Source: Eledone cirrhosa
Taxonomy: Eukaryota
Direction of reading: 5' to 3'
Assembly: GCA_964016885.1 (NCBI GenBank)
Contig: OZ024740.1
Location: forward strand, 357,120,001 to 357,184,000
DNA: 64,000 bases
The notes under the pieces: generated by a model
The model's database searches: none
Seen by the model: the letters and a program-made list of their open reading frames with translations, nothing else
What the model was told of the DNA's origin: nothing
Made by a program: the position numbers and the translations under genes
In this document: piece after piece, positions 1 to 12,119 of the stretch
Position numbering within the stretch: position 1 is the first letter of the stretch
Layout of the letters: each line of letters begins with the position of its first letter

Positions 1-59
1 CCGGTATTACATAACAGTGCTTTTCATAATAATTGTTCTACCTGGTATTGCCAGTGGGT

Positions 60-1560
60 AGAACAAAATGAAATTTACCATTAAGTAATTCTGGCAATTC
101 TAGCCTTCCTTAACCTTAGAGAAAACTTTGTTTACAGTTTGTGGGTTCAGCATGGAGATACAGACATACATCAATCAGTAATTAAACATGTTTTAATATG
201 TATATATAATGAGATGTAGTGGAATGTTAGGACGTGGGAGGTGTATATATACTAGGGAAAAGAAGTTTTTAAGAAGATTTATTAGTAACAGCTTTACCGG
301 TTTCACAGTTGGATGATTTTCAAAAGTTAGCCACACATCTCTCCCTCATAGATATGTCATGATGTTTGTTGGTTTGGGAAATTCCTTTTGATTTTATGCA
401 AAAAAGTTGCTTAAATTGCTATCTGTTTAAAGTAAAATTGGATTGGTTATGGAACAGCATGGGATTAGATAGAGTTTTGTAGTTTTTTTTGCACCAAAAT
501 TAATGATCATGTGATTCGAAATAAAGCTTTGTTGTAGATTTTGTCCTCAAAATTGGGAGTGTCATAGTTCACTGAATGTGGGAAATGACAATCCCAACAG
601 AAATCCATGTTTATTTTATTATGTTAAGTAGTCAAGTCTATAGAATAGTTTATGACAATCCCCCAAAATTCAAGTGTATAGGACAGCAGTTGTGAAGGTA
701 TGATAAAGGAAGTGAGAAGTTGTGATATGAAGAAAATGATAGAGATATGTCGGTTAATGGTGAAAGATGACTGTATTCTATCAGATTTGGAATTGAGTAT
801 TCTCATCCCTCTGTGGAAGAGGGAAAGGCAATCCTCTAGATGGATTGTATAGAACATGGAATGAAGGTTATTGAAAAGAGGATATGGAAAAAGTGAAGAT
901 TGATGAAATATAGTTTAGAATAGAGAACACTAGTGTATCAACATTTTAGTGAAAGAATCTGTTTGAAATCTTACAAATTATTCTTGCGGATTACGTCAAT
1001 ATAGTTAAAATATTATTAGTTTTACAACACTGCCATGCCCTAGTCTCAGAGCCTATCACCCTCCCCTTCCCATTTGTCTGTGACCCTAAGAGTCCTTGTC
1101 TTTCCTTCCTTTCCCGTTTTTAAATATTAATAAAGTTTAGAATTGTACCGGGAAAATGAACAACTGATGGAATTTACAGAAAAAGTACAGAGACAAGAGG
1201 TAGAAGTTGTTTTAGGATTTGGGAGTTGATTTGGAGAATGATTTCAATAGGGTTCAATGTGAAGTAGCATGGATATTGAGACAGTTGGGAGTGGAAGAAT
1301 GGTTGGTTGGTTAAAGTAGTAATGCCAATGTATGAGAGTGCACACACAGTTGTATGGATGAACGACGAGAACAGTGTAAAGTGAAGGTTGGAATGCATTA
1401 GCAGTCAGTATCAAGCCTGCTATTATTTGTAATTGTTTGAGGTTCTGGCCCAAAATGTGAAGGAAGTTTTACTATTTTAGTTGCAGTACACATGATTTGG
1501 TGTTAATAGTAGGGAGTATGGATTAACTGAAGAAGATGAAGTAAAATATATGAAATTGAA
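60..1560 (-). mobile_element. Possible heavily decayed Penelope-like element relic
   Basis: Strong strand-composition bias; minus-strand scraps such as TTSHYIYIL..., KQKFSLRL and PIEIILQ..ILKQLLPLV loosely resemble PLE GIY-YIG/RT segments; many stops. Confidence 0.25.
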
Positions 1561-1879
1561 TATCAAAAAGTCAAATGTGATGGAAAGTAGAAAGCCTGTG
1601 GTGAAGTGGAAAGAATGGGAAGATAGCCATATGTAGTATGCAGGAATAAATGAACTTCATTAAATGTACAATATGCACTGGGTGGATACATTAAAAAGGT
1701 CTTGACATGAGAGGATCATTAAATATTGTTGCAGTTAGATTTAAGTTTAAAGTGTATAGGGGAGGGAGCAGGGAAGTTGCAGATAGGATGTTGAGCTTGA
1801 CCTTGTGAATAGTATAAAGATGTAAGGTATGAAAACATTTTGTTACGTAGGAGACATTGGAGAAGAGGGTTAGTAGCTA

Positions 1880-2100
1880 GAATGAGATACACATGGAACA
1901 AGATCTGGGAACTGAGTGGAATTCTAATGAGGCAAGGTTTGTCACTGAAAGGAAAGGTGTATGCTTGAATGAGAAGTGCCAGATTTATGGGCGAGCGAGA
2001 TATGAATAATGATTGCAGTATAGCAGAGAAGGTTAGAAAGAATGGAAATTAGAATGTTTCAGTGAATGAAAAGAAAGTTGCTCAGAAAGAGAAAGACAAA
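1880..2100 (+). mobile_element. Decayed RTE-type LINE fragment
   Basis: LSLKGKVYA*MRSA.. and RRLERMEIRM align with the RTE C-terminal segment seen intact at 23520-23660. Confidence 0.6.
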
Positions 2101-2634
2101 TAATTCTACTTGACCTTGTGCTACACATGCCCATGGACATCCCAGTGAGAGCCTCTTTGAGTGGAAGCCAGGATGAAGTGGCTAGAAAGTGAAGTTGAAA
2201 ACTGAAGAAGGATCAGGTAAATATGAATCCAATCTGGGATCAGGCTTGCAATTTTACTGGATGGACATATCTTGTCCTCCAATACTCCATAAGGTGCAGA
2301 AGGAACTATAATTACTTGATAATTGTTTAGTTTCAGTTTCCAGTTAAAAATCGATGTTTCAATACAAATATTTTTAAATGAATAATAATTGAAAATATAT
2401 TCTCATGTAATGTAGAAAATTTATTGAATATATATATATGTTCATATATAACTTTTTGTGTATATACATTTAGTTTATTCTCAATAAACTATCAACATAT
2501 GTGTATACATATAATGTAGATAGTTTATTGAGCATACACATGCTCATATATAATTTATTGTGGATAAATATATATACTTCGTTTTTGTATTTGTTTTGCA
2601 AGATTTTTTTATCTGAAAAAGTGTGTTGAAACAG

Positions 2635-2782
2635 ATATTGTTATACTTTGGGAGGGTCATGCTTCCAACGAATAAGCAACCATCCAATTATTAAACTAAC
2701 CAACTGGAAATTATAATAATAAATTGGAAGTGAAATCTAACAGGTGTATGTGTATTTTATTGCAGCATGACCCTCCCAAAGT

Positions 2783-2792
<10 letters not shown>
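2635..2792. mobile_element. MITE-like element with ~28-bp terminal inverted repeats
   Basis: tattgttatactttgggagggtcatgct ... agcatgaccctcccaaagtacaacaata; a solo matching end also occurs at ~50959-50985. Confidence 0.7.
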
Positions 2793-2822
<30 letters not shown>

Positions 2823-2989
2823 CATCAAAGGGACAATGAGAAAAATGAAAAGATTTATAAGTGTCTTACTGATAAAGGACAAAAAATAATTTCAAAAGAG
2901 AGGAATTTTGGCATTTATTCATTTTAGTTTAGAAAATCGAACCTACTAAACTAAAATGCATAAATGCCAAAATTTGTCTCCCTTTTGAA

Positions 2990-3480
2990 ATTATTGTTAA
3001 CTCTCCCTGCTAAAGTCTATACTAAATGCCTGGCAAAGAGATTCAGTGAGATTGTCAAGTCCAAGCCAGCTGATGAACAGTGTGGTTTTCAACCTGGACA
3101 CAGCACAGCCGACCAAATATTCACACTGTGGCAGAGAAATCATGGGAGTATTGCCAAAATGTATATTTTTGTTTTGTTGACATTTTAAAGGCATATGACC
3201 GCATTCCTGGGATCTGCTGTAGAAGGTTTTTCAGGAGTATGGGATCGATGGTCAGCTCCTTCCTGCTCTGATGTCTCTATACGAATGCCCAAGTATTTGT
3301 TTTCGGATAAATGTGGCTAAATTGAAACCATTCAATGTGGGAGTTGGATCCCACCAAGGGTGCGGACTGTCACTTCCCTTGTTCATTATTTTCATGAACA
3401 CCATTGACATGCGCAGCTGGATTGGAAGTGATATGACTGGTGGGTGTAAGATCAGTTGACTGGAATTTGCAGATGACAAA
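2990..3480 (+). mobile_element. RTE-clade LINE reverse-transcriptase fragment (frameshifted)
   Basis: LPAKVY..CL..R, EQCGF.PG.ST.DQIFTL, FCFVDILKAYDRIP, GVG.HQGCGLS.PLF.IFM and LEFADD motifs across frames. Confidence 0.9.
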
Positions 3481-4978
3481 ATACTAATTTAATAACTAGT
3501 TTTACAAAAAAATACAAATAACAATGTCCAATGTGATACAATTGTTAAATCTGTCTCAGTGTACGTGGTGTGGTCTTTATATCATCAGAATAAAATCCCT
3601 TTAAAAAGTGCAAGGCTGTGTGTGTAATAGCAAAAATCTAGCAATAGCTGTAATTATTTTGGCCTGTTGATGTTACAGGTGAAATATTGCAAAAATGTTA
3701 GGCTGAAAATCCCAACTATCTTTCTCATGATGATTCGTTACTTAGAACTGTCTCATTTTGCCACTATGATTCTCCATTGGGGAATTTATGTCTCCAAAGT
3801 CATGGGTCAGTGCCCTGGTAGTTGTAGCCTTCGGAAAATCACCTTGGGAAATGTTCCTACCTACATATACATAAGTTTAAATGATATATAAAAAGGGTAT
3901 ATATCAATTGAGTAACAAGTAGTATTTTGTACTTATATACAGAGCAAATAATATATAAGTAAATATACATATTTCCAGGTGGTAACATGCCTATATTTCC
4001 TTATACAGATCTGTCTCATAAAATCAAAAGAATGAAGCAAACCATTAATCTAAGTAATTAGTATCAATCACCAATTATCGATGTTGGTAATAAGTATCTC
4101 AAGACCAGGTATTTAATCTTCTGTAAGGATTCGGTCTTCTATATATATATTTCTCACACCGCACAAAATAATTATTTACCTACCCAGGGAAGAAATTTGA
4201 CAGAAGAGCATATATTAGAGGACAGGTCATAAGAAGTGCTAGAAATGGCTCCAAAAAGGTCCCAATTATGACAACTCATCAAATTAAAAAAATTAGAAAC
4301 TGACTAAGATTAAAGGAGTTATAGTCTTTATGTATATGTACCCGTTTCGAGCTATTTTTAGCACTTTTAAATTGAAATTGAATTTTTATCATTGTTGTTG
4401 TATAATTCAAAGACAGTTTTTATTTCTTTTGAGTCATTGAGTTTTAAGCTCGATTAAGTATAAACATTTCTGTGAAATAAGGGCACTAGTTGTTCTTATT
4501 GCAGACCTATAATTAAAGGTGTTCTAGCTTCACTATCATGTTAATGGTCGGGCTTTGAATACTCCGAATTACATTATTCAAGGTGTCCCATTTTGATGAC
4601 GGTAGAATATGATTTATGGGCAATTTGGCTGCTATGCCTTTCAGATCAAGTGATCACATAAATGCTTCCTGGTCGACTTGCATCGAGCAATAGTTACGTC
4701 TAACCTTGAATTGTTAGCCCTAAAGCGATATTCATTCATAGTTAGCCATTTGGGGACATTCTATGCACATTTTCGACCTGCTGGAAATAATAGCTAACCT
4801 TTCTGGTTACATGTGACAAAACCATAGTATGGTCGCAGTTAGAAAGTATTTATTTATATAGCTCTACTTGAACAGGTCTGACCTGGTAATACCATTTACA
4901 ATGTTAGTTTTGTTATTACAACCGGCATCTACGTTCGATAACTCCAAGGGAGATCACTCTATATGTTCATAATTCACC

Positions 4979-5018
4979 ATGGACGGAGAGAAGAAGAAAG
5001 TTCTGTTCGTTTGCTTAG
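4979..5018 (+). CDS. ACP1: Low-molecular-weight phosphotyrosine phosphatase, coding exon 1 (MDGEKKKVLFVCL-G)
   Basis: CACCATGG start; encodes the VLFVCLG first half of the P-loop; donor G|GTTTGT, phase 1, matches exon 2. Confidence 0.9.
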
Positions 5019-6319
5019 GTTTGTAAAAAAAAAAAAAAAAAAGACTTGTACAGTTTGTGTTCTACTTGTTATTGACTATTTTATACATACATACATATAT
5101 ATAACATTTATGCACATGCCTTAACATATGCGCCCTCACACATATAATGTCATGTAAATATATTATGTCGTATGCTTGTTAATTGGGCACCTTATATAGA
5201 AAGGTGTATGTCGTATGTCTAAATGAAATGCTTGTAAATTGGGCAAATGATATAGAATGCTATATGTCGCTTGTAGATGGTTCTCGACAAAATGTCTAAT
5301 AACTGACTTAATTGTAGTTGACAACTTTTGATAGATCACATGTGGATCTTATTTAAATCATTACCAGCAAATTAATTTTATTAATGAAAATAAAGGAAAA
5401 CGAAATAATTATCTACGATGAAATTTTAATATACCCGGGCGTTTTCACTCTCTTAATAAGTAATTTCTATGTTAAATAGAACCAGTTTAGTTATTGAGTG
5501 ATTAGGTTGTACTTAATTATATTCTAAATAGTTTAGTACTGTATAGTGTAAGAATCGTATGATTGTAAACTTCGTATTAATCGTACAACGACTGAGCTGA
5601 ATTTAAAATGTTTGGGTACTTGTAGTCATTTTTATCTGTTATTGGGTGATTAGTCCTAATGTCTTCAGTAAAAAAGGATAGTTATGTTCTAAAAAAAAAA
5701 TATAGATGGTGCTATAACCAACAATCAAAACTTTGGCTAACTAACGAGCTAGAAATATCAGCCAAATCTCCTTCAAATTACACCTTAACATCTTAGATAA
5801 AGAAGGATACTTTAGATAATGTTGTTCTACATGTCCCTAAAAGGGCAGAATGGTCACAGGTGAATAAACTTTGATCATGGAACTACACAATCAAGCTTGT
5901 CGTAGGACAACAACCAAATCTCTACACCGTCTGTATCATACATAACGAAGTTTTACAACACAAGCATTTTCTTTTTCAGTGTTTTTTCTTCCCCTACACT
6001 TTCTTACAGTCGGAAAGTAATTTGAGACAATACTTCGATATAAACTGTATGAATGCTGAGGGATTCCAAAAAAGTGCCTCTTTTATCATATAAAGACGAA
6101 CTTTTTTCCTTACTCCCGTTGCACTACCGTATACGAAGTCTGCAAGCGTCAAAACCCCCGTTCGTGAATTTCAAACAGTACATTTTAAAGTTACCCCCTA
6201 TTCTTTTCTCTTCAGAGATCTACTCCAATTTGTAAAAAAAATCACAAGAACAGCCTCTTCTGCCAACTACTGATTCATAAACCTCACTTCCAATATCCCA
6301 AAAGTGAAGGAGAGCGTCT

Positions 6320-6527
6320 TAGATCCTTTAAAACCTCCATGCTACCCGAGATTCGCCAACACTACACCTAATGTTCCCCCCCCCCCTCCATACACATATG
6401 TATATCATGACTCATACACTGTTCACTTCCCTGACATTTGTATATTATTCTATGTACTATACATGCACCTTTGACGAGTTGTAGTGCACCTGAGCACTTT
6501 ACACAATAATTTCATTATTATTATTAT
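6320..6527 (+). mobile_element. 3' end of CR1-like LINE (same family as 8035-10095)
   Basis: ctccatgctacccgagattcgccaacactac ... gacgagttgtagtgcacctgagcactttacacaataatttcattattatt matches the reverse complement of 8040-8200; (ATT)n tail. Confidence 0.9.
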
Positions 6528-7293
6528 AACTATTTCCTTCAACACATTGAATGTCTTTCACTTCTTAGTGAGCATCAATTTTGGGACAGCCAGATTTACT
6601 TGAGATTACTCTCCTGTCACACAAACCAATGAGGGAATCTTTGTGTGGTCATTTGACCTGCAACAAATAGCATCTAAATTTCCCTCAACTCACACTCACT
6701 GTCTAAATAAAGAACATGATAGATAATGTAGTTACTGATAATATAAACAGACTTGATGATCACAACTGGAATGCTTTTAATGTCAGTTTTACTCAATTAG
6801 AGCTAATTTGGGACTAAATAACAATTGCACCTATCTGTGATCTGTTTCCCCTGAGAACCTCTATGAAAGTAATGTTGCATCCTTTGATATTAGCAAAACA
6901 TTTGGCCATGCAAATATGAAGTTGACATCTTAGGTTTGTTTGATCATAAAATTCCTGTTAGACCATCCCATTCTGGCCATACACTGACTCTGACACACAT
7001 TCTATTAACTCTGGTGTATTTAACATCCTGTGATATTTTCCACTCTATTCCTTCAGTACATTAATGACCTGCCTGCACTTACATCTAAACACACACACAC
7101 ATATACACTCCTATGCAGATTCACTCACCAACAAACCACAATCATTAACTAACAAGCAGAAGAAACATTCTTCTGCTTGTCTTTTGTATTACTTCTCCTT
7201 TGAAATAGTTAGCTGCATAGCACCTCCACTCAAGGCCATCTAATGCACTAATTTTTCCTTCTCTTGTCATTATTATTGTTTCAGCCTTTAGAT

Positions 7294-7795
7294 CAGAGTT
7301 TCCCAACCTTTTTCATGCCTGCACCTCTAAACATTTTTTCTATGTTCCCACACCCCTTAAAAAAGTAATAATTTATTTTAGGATAAAGAAGACAAATTAA
7401 TACTAAATTTGAGCAACAAATTTATATAATCTAATTTTTTAATAAATTGTAAACAAAAATGAAACATGGAAAAGAAAAAATATAACAAATTAACCCTTTA
7501 GCATTTACATTACTTTATATATACTATTATATTTTTGTGGTAAAGGCTTTACCTCACATAATATTGAATCTATGAAATTTTGATATTATTTATTTTGAGA
7601 ACAATACCTTAACACCAGTATGAGCAGCCAGTTAGGGCCGGTTTGAACAGAAAGAGGTGAGAGAATTCTGGATGAAAATGGCTGGTTTAAAATGATAAAG
7701 GGTTAAAATTTGAATAAATCCTAAAAAAGAATTAAATTATCATTCATGTTTGAAATACTGAAATGTTATCTCGCACCCCTGGTTGGGAAACCCTG
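7294..7795. mobile_element. hAT-type MITE
   Basis: TIRs cagagtttcccaacc / ggttgggaaaccctg; perfect 8-bp TSD CTTTAGAT at 7286-7293 and 7796-7803. Confidence 0.9.
7494..7702. mobile_element. piggyBac-type MITE nested in the hAT MITE
   Basis: TTAA on both sides; TIRs ccctttagcattt / aaatgataaaggg. Confidence 0.8.
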
Positions 7796-8034
7796 CTTTA
7801 GATCTTTCACGAGACAGTTCACCCAATCCTTTCTCCACAGACATCAAATCTCTGGAATTCACTCCCTGCACATGCTCACTTACAGAAGTTCAAACTGAAC
7901 ATTAAACTACAACAATCCTATAAGATGGATGACTAGTTTTTAAAAAAGGCACCCATTAAGAAAGTGGTAGTTGTAGTTGTTCATGTCCATTCAATAATTA
8001 TGAATACATATATTATAAACAATATTTTTTTGCT

Positions 8035-10095
8035 AATAATAATAAAATAATAATAATGAAATTATTGTGTAAAGTGCTCAGGTGCACTACAACTCGTCAA
8101 TATAGTACATAGAATAATACACAAATGCCAGGGAAGTACATGTTTGTATGTGTTAGCTGTAGTGTTGGCGGATCTCGGGAAGCATGGAGGCCTTAAAGGA
8201 TGCAGTGTCTCGACAGCTAACAACTGATGCAGGTAGTTTGTTCCATGCTTCAGCAACTCTGAGCGTGAAAAAATGTTTCCGAAAGTCATGGGAACTATGC
8301 TGTTTTCTTACTTTGTGGGCATGTCCACGTGTGTTAGACACATGGAAATCGAAAAGGCACTCAGGGTTGTTGTTGGCAACATGGTTAACAATTTTGTGGG
8401 TGTTGACCAAGTCAGTTGCCAGGCGTCGGAGCTTCAATGAATCCATGCCCAGGGAAGCAAGGCGCTCAGAGTATGGTAGATGCCTGATGGAGGGTATTCG
8501 CTTGGTTGCACGTCTCTGAACAGTTTCCAGGCGGTCAATGTCCTGAGCAAGATAGGGGTTCCAGACTGGTGATGCAAATTCTAAGTGTGGTCGCACCATA
8601 GCTGTATACAGCCTTAAATAGATATCTGGAGAGCGGCTGACAAAGGTCTTGCTGAGTGATGCTAAGACACCCTCGGCTCTCTTGACAATTTTAGAGACGT
8701 GCCTCGTCCAACGCAAATCGCTGCTGACCGTAATGCCCAGGTCACGTTCACAGGAAGACTTCTTGATATTAGTGCTGTGGAGGGAGTATGTGGACGCTGG
8801 GTTTTTACTCCCAAAATGCATGGTGGTGCACTTGTCCACAGCTAGCTTGAGTTGCCAGTTTGAGATCCACTGTTGCATTGTGTCCAGGTCAGACTGCAAG
8901 CAAGATCTATAGTATTCAGGATCTGTCCTTTTTATCTCAAGGTACAGCTTGATGTCGTCTGCGTACTTTAGTACTGTGGCATTCCTTAAGTTGGCATCTA
9001 TGTCATTAATATATGCCACAAACAAAAGGGGGCCAAGAACAAATCCCTGAGGTACACCAGATGACATCTCATATGGTGAGGAATGCTGTCCCAGAACCGT
9101 GACTACCTCTCTTCGACTGAGAATGAAGGACTTCAACCAGTTAAAAAGATCATCCTTCACACCCATTGCAGAGAGTTTTGCCATAAGCCTTTTGTGTGGC
9201 ACAGAATTGAAGGCCTTCGTAAAGTCAAGGTAAACAACATCCACCCATGAGCCGCCATCAGTGATCCGGGTGATGTCCTCAAGAAACTCTATAAGTTGAT
9301 CACAGCAGCTGGAGTTGGGGATAAATCCAAATTGCGAGGGCCGGATAAGACTGTGAGAGCTCCAGAAGTTCCAAAGTGTTTCTCTGACACAGGATTCCAT
9401 CAGTTTGGCGATGCAACTAGTAAGACTGACTGGACGATAATTCACAGGTGATGTGCGGTCACCCTTTTTGAACAGAGGAATTACACTGGCAGTTTTCCAC
9501 TGTTCTGGAGTAGCACTGTTGTTCAGACAGAATTGAAAGAAGCGTGATAACTGGTGTAGAAGGAAGTACCCACCACGTTTAAGAAGCAGGTACGTAACAC
9601 CATCAAGACCAGGAGAGGCATGGTTGCGTTTATTTTTTAGGTGACGTCGCAGCATTGCAGGTGTAAATTCCATGGTTGTAATAGAGTCCGGTGTCATAGG
9701 TGGTGGAGATGGTACATTCTGGTCTTCAATGGTGAAAATGCCTGCATAGCATTCAGCAATGAGCTCTGCGCATTCCTTGGGGTCGTCAGTAACCTGGCTT
9801 GTGTGAGGATTGCGAAGAGGACCAACTGGAGAGTGAGGCCTCTGCTTTGAGTGAACATACTTCCAGAACACCTTACTGTCAGGGCTGGTTGCTATGCGCT
9901 GCTCAAATTGAAGCACTGCCTTTTTTGTCACCTGTTTGAGGTGGTTGGACGATCTATTTCGCCTCTTCCTATTAATGTCTGATTTGTGAAGTTTGTACTC
10001 ACGTTCAGCATTGCGCCGTTCTTTTCTGGCAAGACGGACTGCTGCAGTCTCCCAAATTGCGCTTTTAGGATGTTTTTTAATCTTGATTGTTTCAT
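8035..10095 (-). mobile_element. 5'-truncated CR1-like LINE with uninterrupted RT ORF
   Basis: ORF 8153-9931 (frame stays open to ~10095): PLFKKGDR, NYRPVSLT, QFGF, YLDFTKAF, SGVPQG.VLGP, YADD, CR1-type C-terminus (RPHLEFASPVWNPY, WNKLP); (ATT)n 3' tail; no endonuclease domain. Confidence 0.95.
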
Positions 10096-10325
10096 GTCAG
10101 CTCTGATTGAGCAGGATCTATGATCAAATGTTTCTCAGCCATGGCCATCTTGTTATATATTTCAAGCATTTAGAACTATATTATCCAATGTGTCCTGCTT
10201 TTATTAATTTGGTAGAATGTAATTTGATTGCAAGTTTTAGCAGGTTGGATGCCCACATATGGATTCCCACGTTGGCTTTATTACTCATTGATAATCTATA
10301 GCACTTACATTTTTATGTTAAATAA

Positions 10326-10500
10326 TAATTGTTTCTACTTTTGACACAAGGCCAGCAAATACCCAGTACATTACTGGTACTTTATTTTATCGACCTCGTA
10401 AGGATGAAAGGCAAAGTTAACTTCGGCGGAATTTGAACTCAGACGTAACTATGCTGAAAAGCATGTCCGACCCTCTACCGATATTGCCAATTCACCGCCC
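10326..10500 (-). mobile_element. SINE family B (tRNA-like head; body gccgaggttgactttgcctttcatcc..ggggtcgataaaataaagtaccag; tail gctggccttgtgcctaaagtagaaac)
   Basis: Same family at 26426-26503(-), ~34500-34680, 44993-45095, 46619-46803, 46808-46993, 55215-55620, 56225-56385, 57175-57385, 57945-58090. Confidence 0.85.
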
Positions 10501-11139
10501 TATGTTAAATAATAATGTTGATTAACAATAATTTTTTTAATAAGAATTAGTATTACTTTTTAATGATTCAAATTTGATAGTGGTGATGATGATGATGGTG
10601 GGGTGGGTGGGGTGTGACTACAAAATCTATGGGCACTGCTATCCTACTCTGATTAATTAAAAAAATACACATTTTGAAAGTGGATGTCATTTACATTCAG
10701 TCAATGAAATGAACGATTATATTATGCATCATAATACATTTGTCTAATATATTAATTATTTTACACTGCTTTCTTTTGTACTGTTAATGTTTTGTTTTCT
10801 ATTGTTCCCCTTTATAACAAGCATTTTCAGCAGTATATCAGGAATTCATTATTCTTACAAAAATTATCAAGTCAGTACTTGATTTAGTTGGTTGTCTTTG
10901 CCTTAATCTCCCTTGTTAACTCATTCCAGTTAACATGTATTTGGCTTGGGAAGGCTCGTTGCTTCGTAAATCTGGTGTATTGCTTCTTAGCCTGTTATTA
11001 TTTTATCAGCATATATTGGATGGAATATAGAGAAAGACTGAACTTCACCTGAATAAGGGGGTTACAGTGTTTAAGTATACCCTTCTTTATTCTGAGTTCA
11101 ATTCTTGCTGAAGCAACCACACTTTTCAGTCTTATTTGA

Positions 11140-11445
11140 CAAACTGATCATCCCACTCATCAAATTAATGTGTAAGTAGCTGAGTATTTCACAAAGACAT
11201 GTACCCATAACATAATTCTTAGGCAGAATCAGCATGGCACAAAGTGACAAGACTGAACCTTTGAATTACAGGTACAATCCATCTGATAGGCTTCTACATA
11301 GTTTTTATTTACTGAATTTCACTCAAATGTTTCTGTCAACCTATGTTATGGTAAAGAAACTTGTCCTAGATGTTATATAATGTAATTGAACCTGAGATCT
11401 CATTATTGTGAAGCAAACTTCTTAACTACTCAGCCACACCTGCAT
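11140..11445 (-). mobile_element. Two adjacent decayed SINE fragments
   Basis: 11140-11280 matches the reverse complement of the body at 57620-57760; 11285-11445 matches the family at 14850-15000 and 19393-19530. Confidence 0.6.
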
Positions 11446-12045
11446 TCAACAGGAAGGTAAAGATAGCATGGTATGTCTTAAGTGATTAAGGTCATAAAGA
11501 TACAGACAGCTAGCTGAAAGGCCCATCAGAGGTAGTTAGTGAGATGTTGCAAGCATTACGGCAGTTGTTTTTAGCCTCATCTCAGCACAAATTTAGCAAA
11601 TGTTTGATCAAAGGTGTTCCAGTTGTGACTATCCTGTCTTTTTTCTAGGCACTTTATGTGATACTTTAACGAATGTAACAATTTGACACCTTAATTAACT
11701 ATACTTTCCCCAACAAAATGTGTGTTTTTGTACCTATGTATTAAAGTCATAGATATTATTCTGAGAACTTTGTAGAATGAGTGAAGCATCAGACAAAATA
11801 TTCAGCAGTATTTAGTTATTCTTTGTGTTTGAAGTCAAAACACTTCTGGGGGTGGAATTAACTTGTCTTTCTATCCTTGATAAAATAAGTACCAGTCAAA
11901 TACTCGTGTTGCTGTTATTGACTTTACCTCTTTACCAAAATGTATTGCTTTGTGCCTGTATTATAAATCATTGCTGCTGCTACTACCACCACCACCACCA
12001 CCGTCATCATCATCATCATATAAATACCTTTTCTGTGTATTTCAG

Positions 12046-12119
12046 GTAATATTTGCCGTTCACCCATAGCACACGCTATTTTTGGACTTCTGGTTAAAGA
12101 GAAAAATCAGTCCAATATG
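12046..12119 (+). CDS. ACP1: LMW-PTP coding exon 2 (G-NICRSPIAHAIFGLLVKEKNQSNM)
   Basis: TTTCAG acceptor; completes the catalytic CLGNICRS motif; donor GTTAGT; 74 nt. Confidence 0.95.

Larger units (their letters stand above)
6860..7915 (+). mobile_element. Ancient LINE RT relic interrupted by MITEs
   Basis: Scraps resembling SINSGV.., TLFL.YINDL, SYAD and a terminal LWNSLP...FK motif. Confidence 0.45.

Noticed and set aside
8062-9850. Short alternative-frame and antisense ORFs within the CR1 element
   Set aside because: Shadows of the RT ORF; likewise for ORFs overlapping RTE, SINE and PLE copies.
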